From: Octopus vulgaris
Lineage: Eukaryota
Length of the DNA: 64,000 nt
Direction: 5' to 3'
NCBI GenBank assembly: GCA_951406725.2
Contig: OX597831.1
Location: 72,292,001-72,356,000 of the forward strand
Shown: positions 12,779 to 24,110 of the stretch, one piece after another
Layout: each line of letters opens with the position of its first letter
Position numbering within the stretch: position 1 is the stretch's first letter
Translations under genes and position numbers: made by a program
The notes under the pieces: generated by a model
Told to the model about the DNA's origin: nothing
The model's input: the letters and a program-made list of their open reading frames with translations, nothing else
Databases searched by the model: none

Positions 12779-13152
12779 GGATCTTTTCGGTTTGAACGGC
12801 AGTTCTTTCTAGCGGTGTCATATGAAATTGTCAGGGTTAGTTCGGGTTAGGGGTGGGGGAAGGGTATCTTTTTTTTCTTCACAAATGTAAATAAACCCAA
12901 TCAGTTTCTTAAACGAGGGACATATTCATACGGCACAGAATGTTTTTTTTTACCTCAATAGACGTCAGTGATTGGTTGAAATTGCAGAAATTGAAGAAAA
13001 AAACAACAGATATCTTACAAACTATAGAATTTTCTCAATAAAGCCAAGAGAAAAAGATGTTTTATAAACACATTCTACCAGTATACGAAGTTTAAAATTT
13101 TTTAGTTACCTAGAAATTATGTTAAAAACTGCCGTTCAAACCGAAAAGATCC
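12779..13152. mobile_element. MITE with 26-bp TIRs and 8-bp TSD
   Basis: TIR GGATCTTTTCGGTTTGAACGGCAGTT and its reverse complement at 13127-13152; TSD GTCTAATA at 12771-12778 and 13153-13160. Confidence 0.9.
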
Positions 13153-13264
13153 GTCTAATATCATACGTTCTGCCAGTTGAGTATATTGCAAATATACTCA
13201 ACGAAGTAAATGACTCAGCATTCCACAATTTTGTTCGATGGTACACAAACACACGCACACACGC

Positions 13265-13324
<60 letters not shown>

Positions 13325-13732
13325 ACATATATATATCCACTAGCATTCCCGTGTCGTCAAAAATGCCCACAGTTTTATTAGTGATAGAAAAGGGTGTATG
13401 AAAATAATGGGTGAAAGTGCTGATAAAATGTCAGTAATGGAGTAAATGTATGTATATACACAGAATTGAACCACCTGAACAATCAGACACTGTTGTGAAG
13501 ACTAAGGTGAAAATATTATGATCCACGTAATGTGTGTGTGTGTGTGTGCATGTGATTTGAAAAAGGTATGTAAAAGATAATTTATTGTAATAGCGTACCA
13601 TTCTGTTAGTAAACATATTTTTTCTTGCACACGCACACACACACACAAACACACATGCGCGAGCATACACACAAACACACACACAGAGTCTTGCTTAATA
13701 TGGGGTGGGGTTAAAGATTTGTTGATGCTGCT

Positions 13733-14086
13733 GTTGTTGTTGAACGAACGGTCTTCGTCCCAGAGCTCACAAGCTGGGAGAAGTCCGAAACGTGGTCCCG
13801 CAGAAGAGAAAGCAGGTCAACCCCCGACACCGAGAGCATCGACGGATGGATGAATGCGCATCCAGGCTCAGCGGTTGCGTAGGAAGTCGGGGACATGAAA
13901 CAGGAAGAAAAAGTGAGAGAAAGTTGGGGCGAAAGAGTACAACAGGGGTCGCCACCACCCGCTGCCGGAGCCTCGTGGAGCTTTAGGTGTTTTCGCTCAA
14001 TAAACGCACACAACACCCGGTGTGGGAATCGTAACCGCGATCCTCCGACCACGCGTCTGCTGCCCTAATCATTGGGCCATTGCCAC
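13733..14086 (-). mobile_element. SINE family C variant (tRNA-Arg-like head, alternative 3' tail)
   Basis: Head shared with the 28540 copy; (CAA)n tail; 14-bp TSD TTGTTGATGCTGCT at 13719-13732 and 14087-14100. Confidence 0.88.
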
Positions 14087-14541
14087 TTGTTGATGCTGCT
14101 TAAATCTCAGCCAATTGACCACTGCATCATCATTCCGTGTAATCCGTTTATGAGGAGAAAAATATTGGAAATCATCAATACACGACAAGAGTGATAAGGA
14201 AACGAGGAAGGTACCAGGTAGTTGTGAGATGTGCTAGAAAGAACAGTTAAATCTCCCTTAAATCACCTTTTCGTCTGAAAATCATTTTGAAATTATAAAC
14301 AAATTGCAGATTCAAGCACTCCGTAATTTAAAACTATGACTAAAAACAAAATTCGGGAAAATGTCGAAATTTTAGCATTTATTTTTAGTGAATTTTTTTT
14401 TTTTTTAATCTCACTATAGTTTTTAAATTACGTTTCATTTTCTGTTTGAAAATGAAGGATGTGGGGACCGGAATCGGTGTCCCGCTGATTCTAAATTTAT
14501 TTTTAAGCTCCGAGGATTCTCTCATCATTTTTAAGTGTGTT

Positions 14542-15003
<462 letters not shown>

Positions 15004-15314
15004 AAAAAAAAAAAAACAATATTGGTCAAAATCAGTACTGAGTAGTAGTGGCGTGATTGAAAAAAAATTCAGTCTTTCAATTTTTTTTTATTTGTCTCCT
15101 GTTGTTTTTAAATACGTAGTGCGCAAAAAGGAAAAGGGGAGAGAGAGAGAGAGAAAAGGGAACAAACGCTATCCGAAAGTGGAGAAGGGAGATTGATAAA
15201 TTTTCGTTTTTTCATAAAAAGCTTCCTTCTGTCATTTGCAAGGGTGTTGTGAAAAACAAATTTGAAAAATTCTTATCAGAGCCGAGAAAATCCAACTTAT
15301 TTGAGTGTATTATT

Positions 15315-15512
15315 CTTTTCTACTCTAGGCACAAGGTCCGAAATTTTAGGGGAGGAGGCCAGTAGATTAGATCGACCTCAGTACACAACTGGTACTTAAT
15401 TTATCGACTCCGAAAGGATGAAAGGTAAAGTCAGCCTCTGCGGAATTTGAACTCAGAACGTAAAGACAGACGAAATACCGGCGTGCTAACGTTTCTGCCA
15501 ACTCGCCGCCTT
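15315..15512 (-). mobile_element. SINE family B (diverged)
   Basis: Reverse-complement head and core motifs. Confidence 0.8.
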
Positions 15513-16065
15513 ATGAGAGTGTACTTTTCTGAAAGGACGCCAAAGACTTTCGGAATAGCACACCTACATAGCAAAAGTGTGAATATCAGCCGGCAACGAC
15601 GGGATACTCAGCTAGTGTGTGTGTGTGTGTATGGACAGACCATAGTTGAGCTCCAGATTCGATAATTATACGAATGACGAGTCCAATGTAGGTCATGTAT
15701 TAACATGTATATATATATATGGCCTAGCATGTATAAAAATTCAATAGACAGCATATTCTCAATATAAAATAGTGTCTTTTTAATCACAAGAGAAACTACC
15801 TTTAACAGGTAGTTTTACACGCTAGAAGAAGCAGTCAAAACGACCAAAACCACATTTAAGAACAATTTCGAAGGGAATGAAAAATAAAAACTTTTAACTT
15901 GTTATTTTTTACGTATATGATTTTAGCATTTCGAAGATCAGTTCGGCATTTTTCATTTACTGCCGACTGAAACTGCGCTTGCGCGGTGAATTTGAAAACA
16001 TTATAACATATAATGATGAGACACGTGTTATTTGTCTCTAAATTAAATGTTAATGTTATGGCGCA

Positions 16066-16133
16066 GTTACTGATGAGAATTTCGCCTAGCAAGTTATTTT
16101 ATTTACTAGAAAAATTCGAAATCTAGGTATGAT
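16066..16133 (+). ncRNA. hammerhead ribozyme motif (type I); mirror copy at 16720-16787 minus
   Basis: GTTA-CTGATGA-GAATTT..CTAG..CTAG..AAATTC-GAAA-TCTAGG-TA-TGAT. Confidence 0.7.
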
Positions 16134-16280
16134 CGTAAAAGGAAAATAAGCAGGGTAAAAGTTTTTATTTTTCCTTACCTTCGAAATTGCTCTTGAATAT
16201 GGTTTTGGTCGTTTTGACTGCTTCTTCTAGCGTGTAAAACTACCTGCTAAAGGTAGTTTCTCTTGTGTTTAAATGTACAC

Positions 16281-16359
<79 letters not shown>

Positions 16360-16424
16360 TGTATGTATGTATGTATGTATGTATATATATATATATATAT
16401 ATACGTATATATATAAATATATAT

Positions 16425-16547
16425 ATCACCGTGATCACCGTGACCGACCAGGCTATCAGATGTTGCTACACATCGCTGGTCACAATGCGTTTCGCATTGT
16501 TTTAGCCTTTAAATGACGCCACCCCGCTGGCTAAGCGAGCAGGCCAA
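16425..16547. repeat. ~120-nt structured interspersed element in (TA)n
   Basis: Second copy in opposite orientation at 33109-33226; hairpins ACAATGCG/CGCATTGT, GACCAG/CTGGTC, GATGT/ACATC. Confidence 0.8.
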
Positions 16548-17129
16548 TATATATATATATATATATATAATAGTGTACATTTAAACACAAGAGAAACTAC
16601 CTTTAGCAGGTAGTTTTACATGCTAGAAGAAGCAGTCAAAACGACCAAAACCATATTCAAGAGCAATTTCGAAGGTAAGGAAAAATAAAAACTTTTACCC
16701 TGCTTATTTTCCTTTTACGATCATACCTAGATTTCGAATTTTTCTAGTAAATAAAATAACTTGCTAGGCGAAATTCTCATCAGTAACTGCGCCATAACAT
16801 TAACATTTAATTTAGAGACAAATAACACGTGTCTCATCATTATATGTTATAATGTTTTCAAATTCACCGCGCAAGCGCAGTTTCAGTCGGCAGTAAATGA
16901 AAAATGCCGAACTGATCTTCGAAATGCTAAAATCATATACGTAAAAAATAACAAGTTAAAAGTTTTTATTTTTCATTCCCTTCGAAATTGTTCTTAAATG
17001 TGGTTTTGGTCGTTTTGACTGCTTTTTCTAGCGTGTAAAACTACCTGTTAAAGGTAGTTTCTCTTGTGATTAAAAAGACACTATTTTATATTGAGAATAT
17101 GCTGTCTATTGAATTTTTATACATGCTAG

Positions 17130-17181
<52 letters not shown>

Positions 17182-17184
<3 letters not shown>

Positions 17185-17388
17185 AGATGTACTCGCATAG
17201 CAAGTAATTTGATCTGAGATCGTGTGCTGAAACGAAAACAATTGCAGCGTGGAAGGTGTTTATAAGCCATTTAAGAAACACACAAAGGCCGTTCGATTCA
17301 CTTCAACATTTAAGTTTAATTTGTCAAAATATTTTCGTCGCTAAAATCCGCGACCTGTTCACTGACAAAGTCCGTGCTGCATGGTTGG
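17182..17388 (-). mobile_element. short unit in (TA)n with hammerhead-like fold (17321-17368)
   Basis: Minus strand TTGTCA-GTGAACA-G-GTCGC..GCGAC-GAAA-ATAT-TT-TGACAA. Confidence 0.45.
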
Positions 17389-17404
17389 TATATATATATA
17401 TATA

Positions 17405-18503
17405 CTGGACAGGATACAGACAAGGGGCAGAGATTAGTCAGAATATTGATGACGTCCTTTTCTGCTTGACTAGTCACCTAACAAGATACAGACAAGGGGC
17501 AGACCTAATACAGCTATAAGTCGTGATTGGTCAGAATTTTGATGACGTTCCGTTCTGCTTGACTAAGCCACCTAACGAAACGATTGGTCATAACAGGATA
17601 CAGACAAGAGGCAGTTATAATACAGCGATAGGTCACGATTGGTCAGAATGTTGATGACGTCCCGTTCTGCTTGACTAAGCCACCTAACGAAACGATTGGT
17701 CATAACAGGATACAGACAAGAGGCAGTTATAATACAGCGATAGGTCACGATTGGTCAGAATGTTGATGACGTCCCGTTCTGCTTGACTAAGCCACCTAAC
17801 GAAACGATTGGTCATAACAGGATACAGACAAGAGGCAGTTATAATACAGCGATAGGTCACGATTGGTCAGAATGTTGATGACGTCCCGTTCTGCTTGACT
17901 AAGCCACCTAACGAAACGATTGGTCATAACAGGATACAGACAAGAGGCAGTTATAATACAGCGAGAGGTCACGATTGGTCAGAATGTTGATGACGTCCCG
18001 TTCTGCTTGACTAAGCCACCTAACGAAACAATTGGTAAAACGTTGATGACGTCACGCTACGCTAGACTGACCATCTAACAGGTGTTATAAAACCCGAACA
18101 ATTCACAAGATTCGCCAGAATCATCCAGCGAACACCCACCATTGGTCATCACAGTTGCTCAAGGTAAAAATGAATTCCTCGCTCTTTCAGGAACATCAAT
18201 TTTTTATATTGACTGCATTCCACCACTTTGATCTATTTTTTATATATCACCACCACGAACCACTGCATCATACACTTTAAACATATAGCATGAACGAACT
18301 CACTTCAAACTAAATATGAACTGTATGATTTCTGACTCCATTGTATATTATAAATGAATTTCTTATATTTGATAGCATGAACTATCTTTTTTTATATATA
18401 ACTTTTTTTGATAAGGTTCATTTCAGGAACTGAAACATGTTATAATGTATATATAAAAATTAAAAATTGTATAATATAGCAGCATTTTCGAACTTCATTT
18501 TTT

Positions 18504-18510
<7 letters not shown>
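17405..18510 (+). mobile_element. solo pLTR related to the 6431-8770 PLE
   Basis: 18040-18510 aligns with 8290-8740 (TATA, downstream region, HHR-like motif, end ...catttttttacaaat); no coding part. Confidence 0.85.
17480..18039 (+). repeat. 112-bp tandem repeat, about 5 copies (4 nearly identical)
   Basis: Unit AACAGGATACAGACAAGAGG... recurs at 17592, 17704, 17816 and 17928. Confidence 0.93.
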
Positions 18511-18554
<44 letters not shown>

Positions 18555-18557
<3 letters not shown>

Positions 18558-19270
18558 TAACAGAATAAGATAAAAAAAAACAAGGCAGTGAATAGTTTTC
18601 ATAACATTTATAAACAGAAGGTCTCACAGCTGTTTCGAGTATTTTATATATCCCTTCATAAGGGACGGTGCGAGAGAATGTTTAAGTAATAGTTATAGAT
18701 AAGACATGAAATACGAGTGAAGTGGAGGAATGAAAACAGACGTGAGATACGTAAGGATATTGTATCTGCAGTTTCATTATTTAAGCAGAATGGTGTATAT
18801 ATAAGTTTCCTGTACGTTGTGTTTGAGTTTCATTGGTATTTGTAATTGGTCATTCCAAGCATAGAGTCTTGTAAACGGTGTTATTCGATCGAGGGTTTTT
18901 TTGAAGTGGCTTAAAAGTTGGGAATGTGTTTGTAAGGTCAAATCAAAAACAGGAAGAGGGAGACAAAAAAGGTGGGGAGAGACAATAAATAAATGAAGAA
19001 AGAGGTGTGCTAGCTAGTAGTCAGGATAAAATGATAGAAGGAAGGGAGAGATGAGGAGGAGAGAGAGAGGAAGAGATGAGAGGGTAAAGAGTAAAAGAGT
19101 GTGAGGTATGTTGTGATAGAGCTTAAGGGATTGGGCATAGAAAATATAGAGAAAAGGTACGGGATAAGGGTAGAAAAATTGAGGTGGAATGAAAACTGGG
19201 GAATATAAGTTAAGTTTCGTAAAAGGACGGGTTAGTACTGAGTAGTAGAAGAACTGAAGAATTTACATCT
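18555..19270 (-). mobile_element. probable PLE 3' region/pLTR with hammerhead-like motif (18621-18666)
   Basis: Minus strand GTCC-CTTATGA-AGGGATAT..ATACTC-GAAA-CAGCTG-TG-AGAC, downstream of a pyrimidine-rich tract like that at 4200-4630. Confidence 0.5.
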
Positions 19271-19275
19271 GTAAA

Positions 19276-19686
19276 GGCGCAGGAGTAGCTGTGTGGTAAG
19301 TAGCTTGTTTACCAACCACATGGTTCCGGGTTCAGTCCCACTGCGTGGCATCTTGGGCAAGTGTCTTCTGCTATAGCCCCGGGCCGACCAATGCCTTGTG
19401 AGTGGATTTGGTAGACGGAAACTGAAAGAAGCCTGTCGTATATATGTATATATATGTATATGTATGTATGTGTTTGTGTGTCTGTGTTTGTACCCCTAGC
19501 ATTGCTTGACAACCGATGCTAGTGTGTTTATGTCCCCGTCACTTAGCTGTTCGGCAAAAGAGACCGATAGAATAAGTACTGGGCTTACAAAGAATAAGTC
19601 CCGGGGTCGATTTGCTCGACTAAAGGCGGTGCTCCAGCATAGCCGCAGTCAAATGACTGAAACATGTAAAAGAGTAAAAGAGTAAA
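19276..19686 (+). mobile_element. SINE family A, full length
   Basis: tRNA-like head GGCGCAGGAGTAGCTGTGTGGTAAG...GGGTTCAGTCCC, internal microsatellite, (AGAGTAAA)n tail. Confidence 0.9.
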
Positions 19687-19967
19687 GATGTATACACCCA
19701 TACGTATCTACACATGTATATAGACATTTACATACATCAACATATACATACGCATACAAAATCTTGTATGTTACATGCATTCATGTATATTCACATTCAT
19801 TTGTATCTATTTTACTATATATAAATTCTTGCATACATAAATGCACACATACAGACTCGCACACGCGCATAAATGTATGAGAGCGTATATATACACACAT
19901 GCACACACACATACACAGAGGCAGGTATGTGTACATACATACATACATACATACATACATACATACA

Positions 19968-20003
<36 letters not shown>

Positions 20004-20322
20004 TATATGTGTGTTTATTTCCTCCCTGCCTGAGGTTACCGTGGTCTTTTCTGTAGGCTTTTCTTTCCAAAGATGAACCTAATCGTGTTTGTTACTTTGA
20101 AAAAAAATACATTTTTTTTCTTTCTGTGATACACGATCCCTTTTGATCGCTTTTTTTTTCTTCCGATCCCTTTTGATCGAAATTTTACATTTATTTCCTT
20201 TATTTCTTCTTTTTCCTTTTCCATCTCCGAAAAGAAAAGCTCTACATTTGTAATTGTCCCCTCTGTGTCCAGCCCTGTGTGGCCAATAAAAAAAGTTATC
20301 TATCTATCTGTCTATCTATGTA

Positions 20323-20393
<71 letters not shown>

Positions 20394-22159
20394 GTCTATG
20401 AATCTGTCTGTCTATCTATCCGTCTGTCTGTCTGCTTTTATAAAACGAAAACGCAGAATGATTACAGATAAAATGCTAATTCAGGGTTGGTCTAATGTTA
20501 AACAAGTTAAACAATAACAACTTTATTTCTTTACATAGAAATCAACATGTTGTTATTTCGTGCGTATATAATATGAATAAATACATAAATAATTCAGTAG
20601 TTATATAAGTCAATGCGTATTTAACTTCCAGCTTGTACTTCTCAATCGCTTTTGTTTAAACGTCTTTCTTTAGTCCCGGAGAATCATCAAGCACCCTGTT
20701 TCATCTTTTCGTGGTCATTAAAATGTGTACCAGTTGAACACTGGGGTCGATGTAATCAACTTACATTTTCCCCCCGAACATGCTCGCCTTGTTCCAAAAT
20801 TTGAAATCAGTATCTATATTTACATAGGTATGGCTGTGTTGTCAAGAAATTCGCTTCGCAATCGTGTCATTCGGGAGTAAATCCCTCTGCGTGACACCTT
20901 AGGGAAGTATCTTTTGTTCTATCCACATGTTGACCAATTGATACCCTGTGGTTTGTTGATGTTGTACAGCCCCTGTCAGGCTTGACCAACCAAGCAATAT
21001 TGCACGTAGGAAGTCTGCTGAACGGTGACACGCGATCCACAGAATCATTTTGCCAGCTATTTCTCCATGTAGCTGGAGACTCTCCGAAATGCAATGAGGA
21101 ATCGTATGGGATGCAGCGTGGAAGTCTGGACATTTTTCATCCTCTCCACTCCCCAGTCTGTTTCTATAAAGCCGTAGATTCTAACAACGGAAAAGAGGAT
21201 GGTTAGACTCAGTTAAATCGCGACTGTTGCTGTTCCTCAGTAAGTATTGTTAGTGATATGCAACCTTGTACACTGTTTGGTGATAGCGAATTTATTTACG
21301 TTGCGGTTTGTCAGATTTGGATAGAAGCGCGTAGACTAGTGGTGCTCAACTGGAGTTCATATAGCTATTAGGGGGTCCATGTAAGATTTTGGTGTTAAAA
21401 TTTATGTGCAATAAATCTGTTATACATTTACAAAACGTAACATATTTTAATTTTTTTACAATACGTAATAATATTTAATCATAAAAATACAGTTGGATTC
21501 TTTTTTATATATACATCGAATGGCTGTGGGGGTCCAGTAGAGTAAAATAGGAATCATAGGGGTCTATAGGCAAAAAAAAGAAGAAATATTGAGACCCATA
21601 GGGGTAGGACGTTCAAGAGGTTTTGCTAACGCTTTGTAGTATTGTACATGTACTTCACCGGTTTCCGTCGTCGTGACAAGGACTGTGAGGGTTGACGAAC
21701 GCTACTGAAACGAACTCTGTTCTTGGCACATCCTGGCAGTCTTTCATTTTCTGAATTCTAATTTCGTTGAGTTGTGGTTGTGGTCTGTACACAGTCTATG
21801 ATGCGTTCCTATGGGTTCCGTTGTGATTTGTTTGATTTATTGTGGAGAGATTTCAGTGAGGTAAGACTGGCAGAGTTTATAAGGTATCCAAAGCGCTGTT
21901 GGCTCATTATTGTTTTTGTTTTTCTTTCTCGTTGAACAAATGCGATACTTCTGGATTGTTCTCTTTGTACGTCATTTTGCTGACTTGACTGTCTGTCTGC
22001 GATGTGCGTCGTGCATATTGAAGAGGAGAAGCTGTACTCTGTTGTTAGTATTTTTGTCATCTATGCGAGTGCCGTATGTCTCTGCTGCTGAGTGAGACGG
22101 TTGCTCGAATCTGACATTCTCTTGTGCTATATACAAGATAGCAGACAGTGGGTTTCGTA

Positions 22160-22722
22160 GGTAGGGAGGTAGTGAGGTAGGGAGGGGGGTAGACAGGTAG
22201 GTAGATAGGTAGGTAGGTAGACAGGTAGGTAGGTAGGTAGGTAGGTAGGTAGGTAGGTAAGTAGGTAGGTAGGGAGGGAGGGAGGTAGTTAGGTAGGTAG
22301 GTAGGTAGGTAGGTAGGTAGATATATAGGTAGGTAGGTAGGTAGGTAGGTAGACAAGTTGGTAGGTAGGTAGGTAGGTAGGTAGATTGGTAGGTAGGTAG
22401 ATTGGTAGGTAGGTAGGTAGGTCGGTCGGTAGGTAGGTAGGTCGGTCGGTCGGTAGGTAGGTAGGTAGGTAGGTAGGTAGGTAGGTAGGTAGACAGGTAG
22501 GTAGGTAGGTAGGTAGGTAGGTAGGAAGGTAGGTAGGTAGGTAAGTAGGTAGGTAGGTAGGTAGGTAGATTGGTAGGTAGGTAGATTGGTAGGTAGGTAG
22601 GTCGGTCGGTAGGTAGGTAGGTCGGTCGGTCGGTAGGTAGGTAGGTAGGTAGGTAGGTAGGTAGGTAGGTAGGTAGGTAGGTAGGTAGATAGGTAGGTAG
22701 GTAGGTAGGTAGGTAGGTAGAT
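22160..22722. repeat. (AGGT)n compound microsatellite
   Basis: Direct reading. Confidence 0.95.
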
Positions 22723-23601
22723 ACTTCAAATTAGGTTGAAGTCGTTGAGCTGCAACGACCGGAGAGCGGTGCGGCAATGTGAGTGTGATGTCGTCTGCGT
22801 ATAAAGATATCGGAATGTTTTGTAGAGGCGGAGGAAGGTCGTGTAGTTTGTAGTTATAAGTTGAAAATTGTAGTTGCGAGGACGGATCCTTGTTGTACTT
22901 CATTCGGGAAATGAAGTACTTGGAATGCGAGTACTTGGAAATATTGTTCTTGTACGCTACATACACTTGTCCATTTGCTGATAGTGTGCTAGCCAGTATC
23001 TTATGTTCTTTCTTAAGGTGGTGTTGAGTATTTTTTGTCCGAAAGGATAGCAGAGAATGGAGTCGATAACTTTACTAATGTCGATGGTAGTTAGGATATG
23101 TGGAGTTAGGTTTTAGTTGATGTATCCATTTTGCATTTTATGTGTTAAGTTTGTGGGTAATATGATGGTTGAGTGTAAGGCAAGCGAGCTAGCAGAATCG
23201 TTAGCACGCCGGGCGAAATACTTAGCGGCGTTTCGTCCATCTTGACGTTCTGAGTTCAAATTCAGCTGAGGTTGACTTTGCCTTTCATCCTTTCGAGGTC
23301 GATAAGGTAAGTACCAGTTGAGTACTGGAGTCGACTTACTCCCTCCCCCAGAATCGACTTACCCTATTCCCCAGAATAGGGTAAGTCGATTCTGCCAAAA
23401 TGTGAAATCAAAAGCAGCGAACCGGCGGAATACTTAGCGGAATTCCGTCCTTGTGTTAAAATTTGAAGCCAATATGATGGTTGAGAGTGGTGTACTAAAT
23501 CCTGGTTGTGATTTAATGAACGTCTGTGATGTCGCGGATGAACATGTCGGGAATTTGTCTGGGTGGGTATATAAGGGTAATGAGATCTTGTCACTTTAGA
23601 A

Positions 23602-23743
23602 CAGTAGCGTAACTAGGAGGCGAGGGAGCAGCACTTTTGGGTCTGCTGTACAAACCAGTTTAGACTTGGGGACATGAGAGTCTGGTGGGGGACGGCAAAG
23701 TTAAGGGCTGCCCCGAGCGGCACCACTCTAGCTATGCCACTGC
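23602..23743. mobile_element. small non-autonomous DNA transposon (MITE)
   Basis: Imperfect TIRs CAGTAGCGTAACTAG / CTAGCTATGCCACTG. Confidence 0.6.
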
Positions 23744-23877
23744 TGTATTTGATTTATGCCAAGCTTTACAATTGTTACATTAAGGCATAGCTTCCAGATT
23801 CTGGAAATTTGATAGTGTTGAGTACGCGTAGGTTTTAGAAGGTGAAGTACTGCGTTTCCTACTGATTCTAGGTATTT

Positions 23878-24110
23878 GGCGGCGAGCTGGCAGAACCGCT
23901 AGCACGCCGGGCGAAATGCGTAGCCGTATTTCGTCTGCCGTTACGTTCTGAGTTCAAATTCCGCCGGGGTTGACTTTGCCTTTCATCCTTTCGGGGTCGA
24001 TAAATTAAGTACCAGTTACGCACTGGGGGGGGGGGGTCGATGTAATCGACTTAATCCGTTTGTTTGTCCCCTCTGTGTTTCGCCCCTTGTGGGTAATAAT
24101 GAAATAGGTA
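23878..24110 (+). mobile_element. SINE family B
   Basis: Head, core and tail motifs; probable TSD TAGGTATTT. Confidence 0.88.

Larger units (their letters stand above)
15721..17132. repeat. 565-bp inverted duplication (15721-16285 / 16568-17132); each arm is itself a foldback
   Basis: Identical 78-aa ORF on opposite strands (15856..16092 and 16761..16997); I noted 2 mismatches; each arm has internal inverted ends CACAAGAGAAACTACC... Confidence 0.93.

Noticed and set aside
12832-12853. Telomeric repeat (GGGTTAG)
   Set aside because: Only two interrupted units, inside a MITE.
16425-16547. HDV-like ribozyme (the order of stems fits a nested pseudoknot)
   Set aside because: Lacks the L3 and J4/2 catalytic consensus, and the GGCTA/TAGCC pairing is broken in the second copy.
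17480-18039. CRISPR-like array
   Set aside because: Units are head-to-tail and near-identical with no unique spacers; no cas genes; eukaryotic context.
17592-18039. Hammerhead in each 112-bp unit (TTGATGA...GAAACGATTGGTC)
   Set aside because: No helix II in register between TGATGA and GAAA, and helix III is not formed; better explained as CRE plus CCAAT motifs.
20950-21250. Possible host exon in non-repetitive-looking sequence (also 31072-31281, 32530-32830, 53270-53415)
   Set aside because: No recognisable protein motif or convincing splice-bounded frame; cannot be excluded without RNA-seq.
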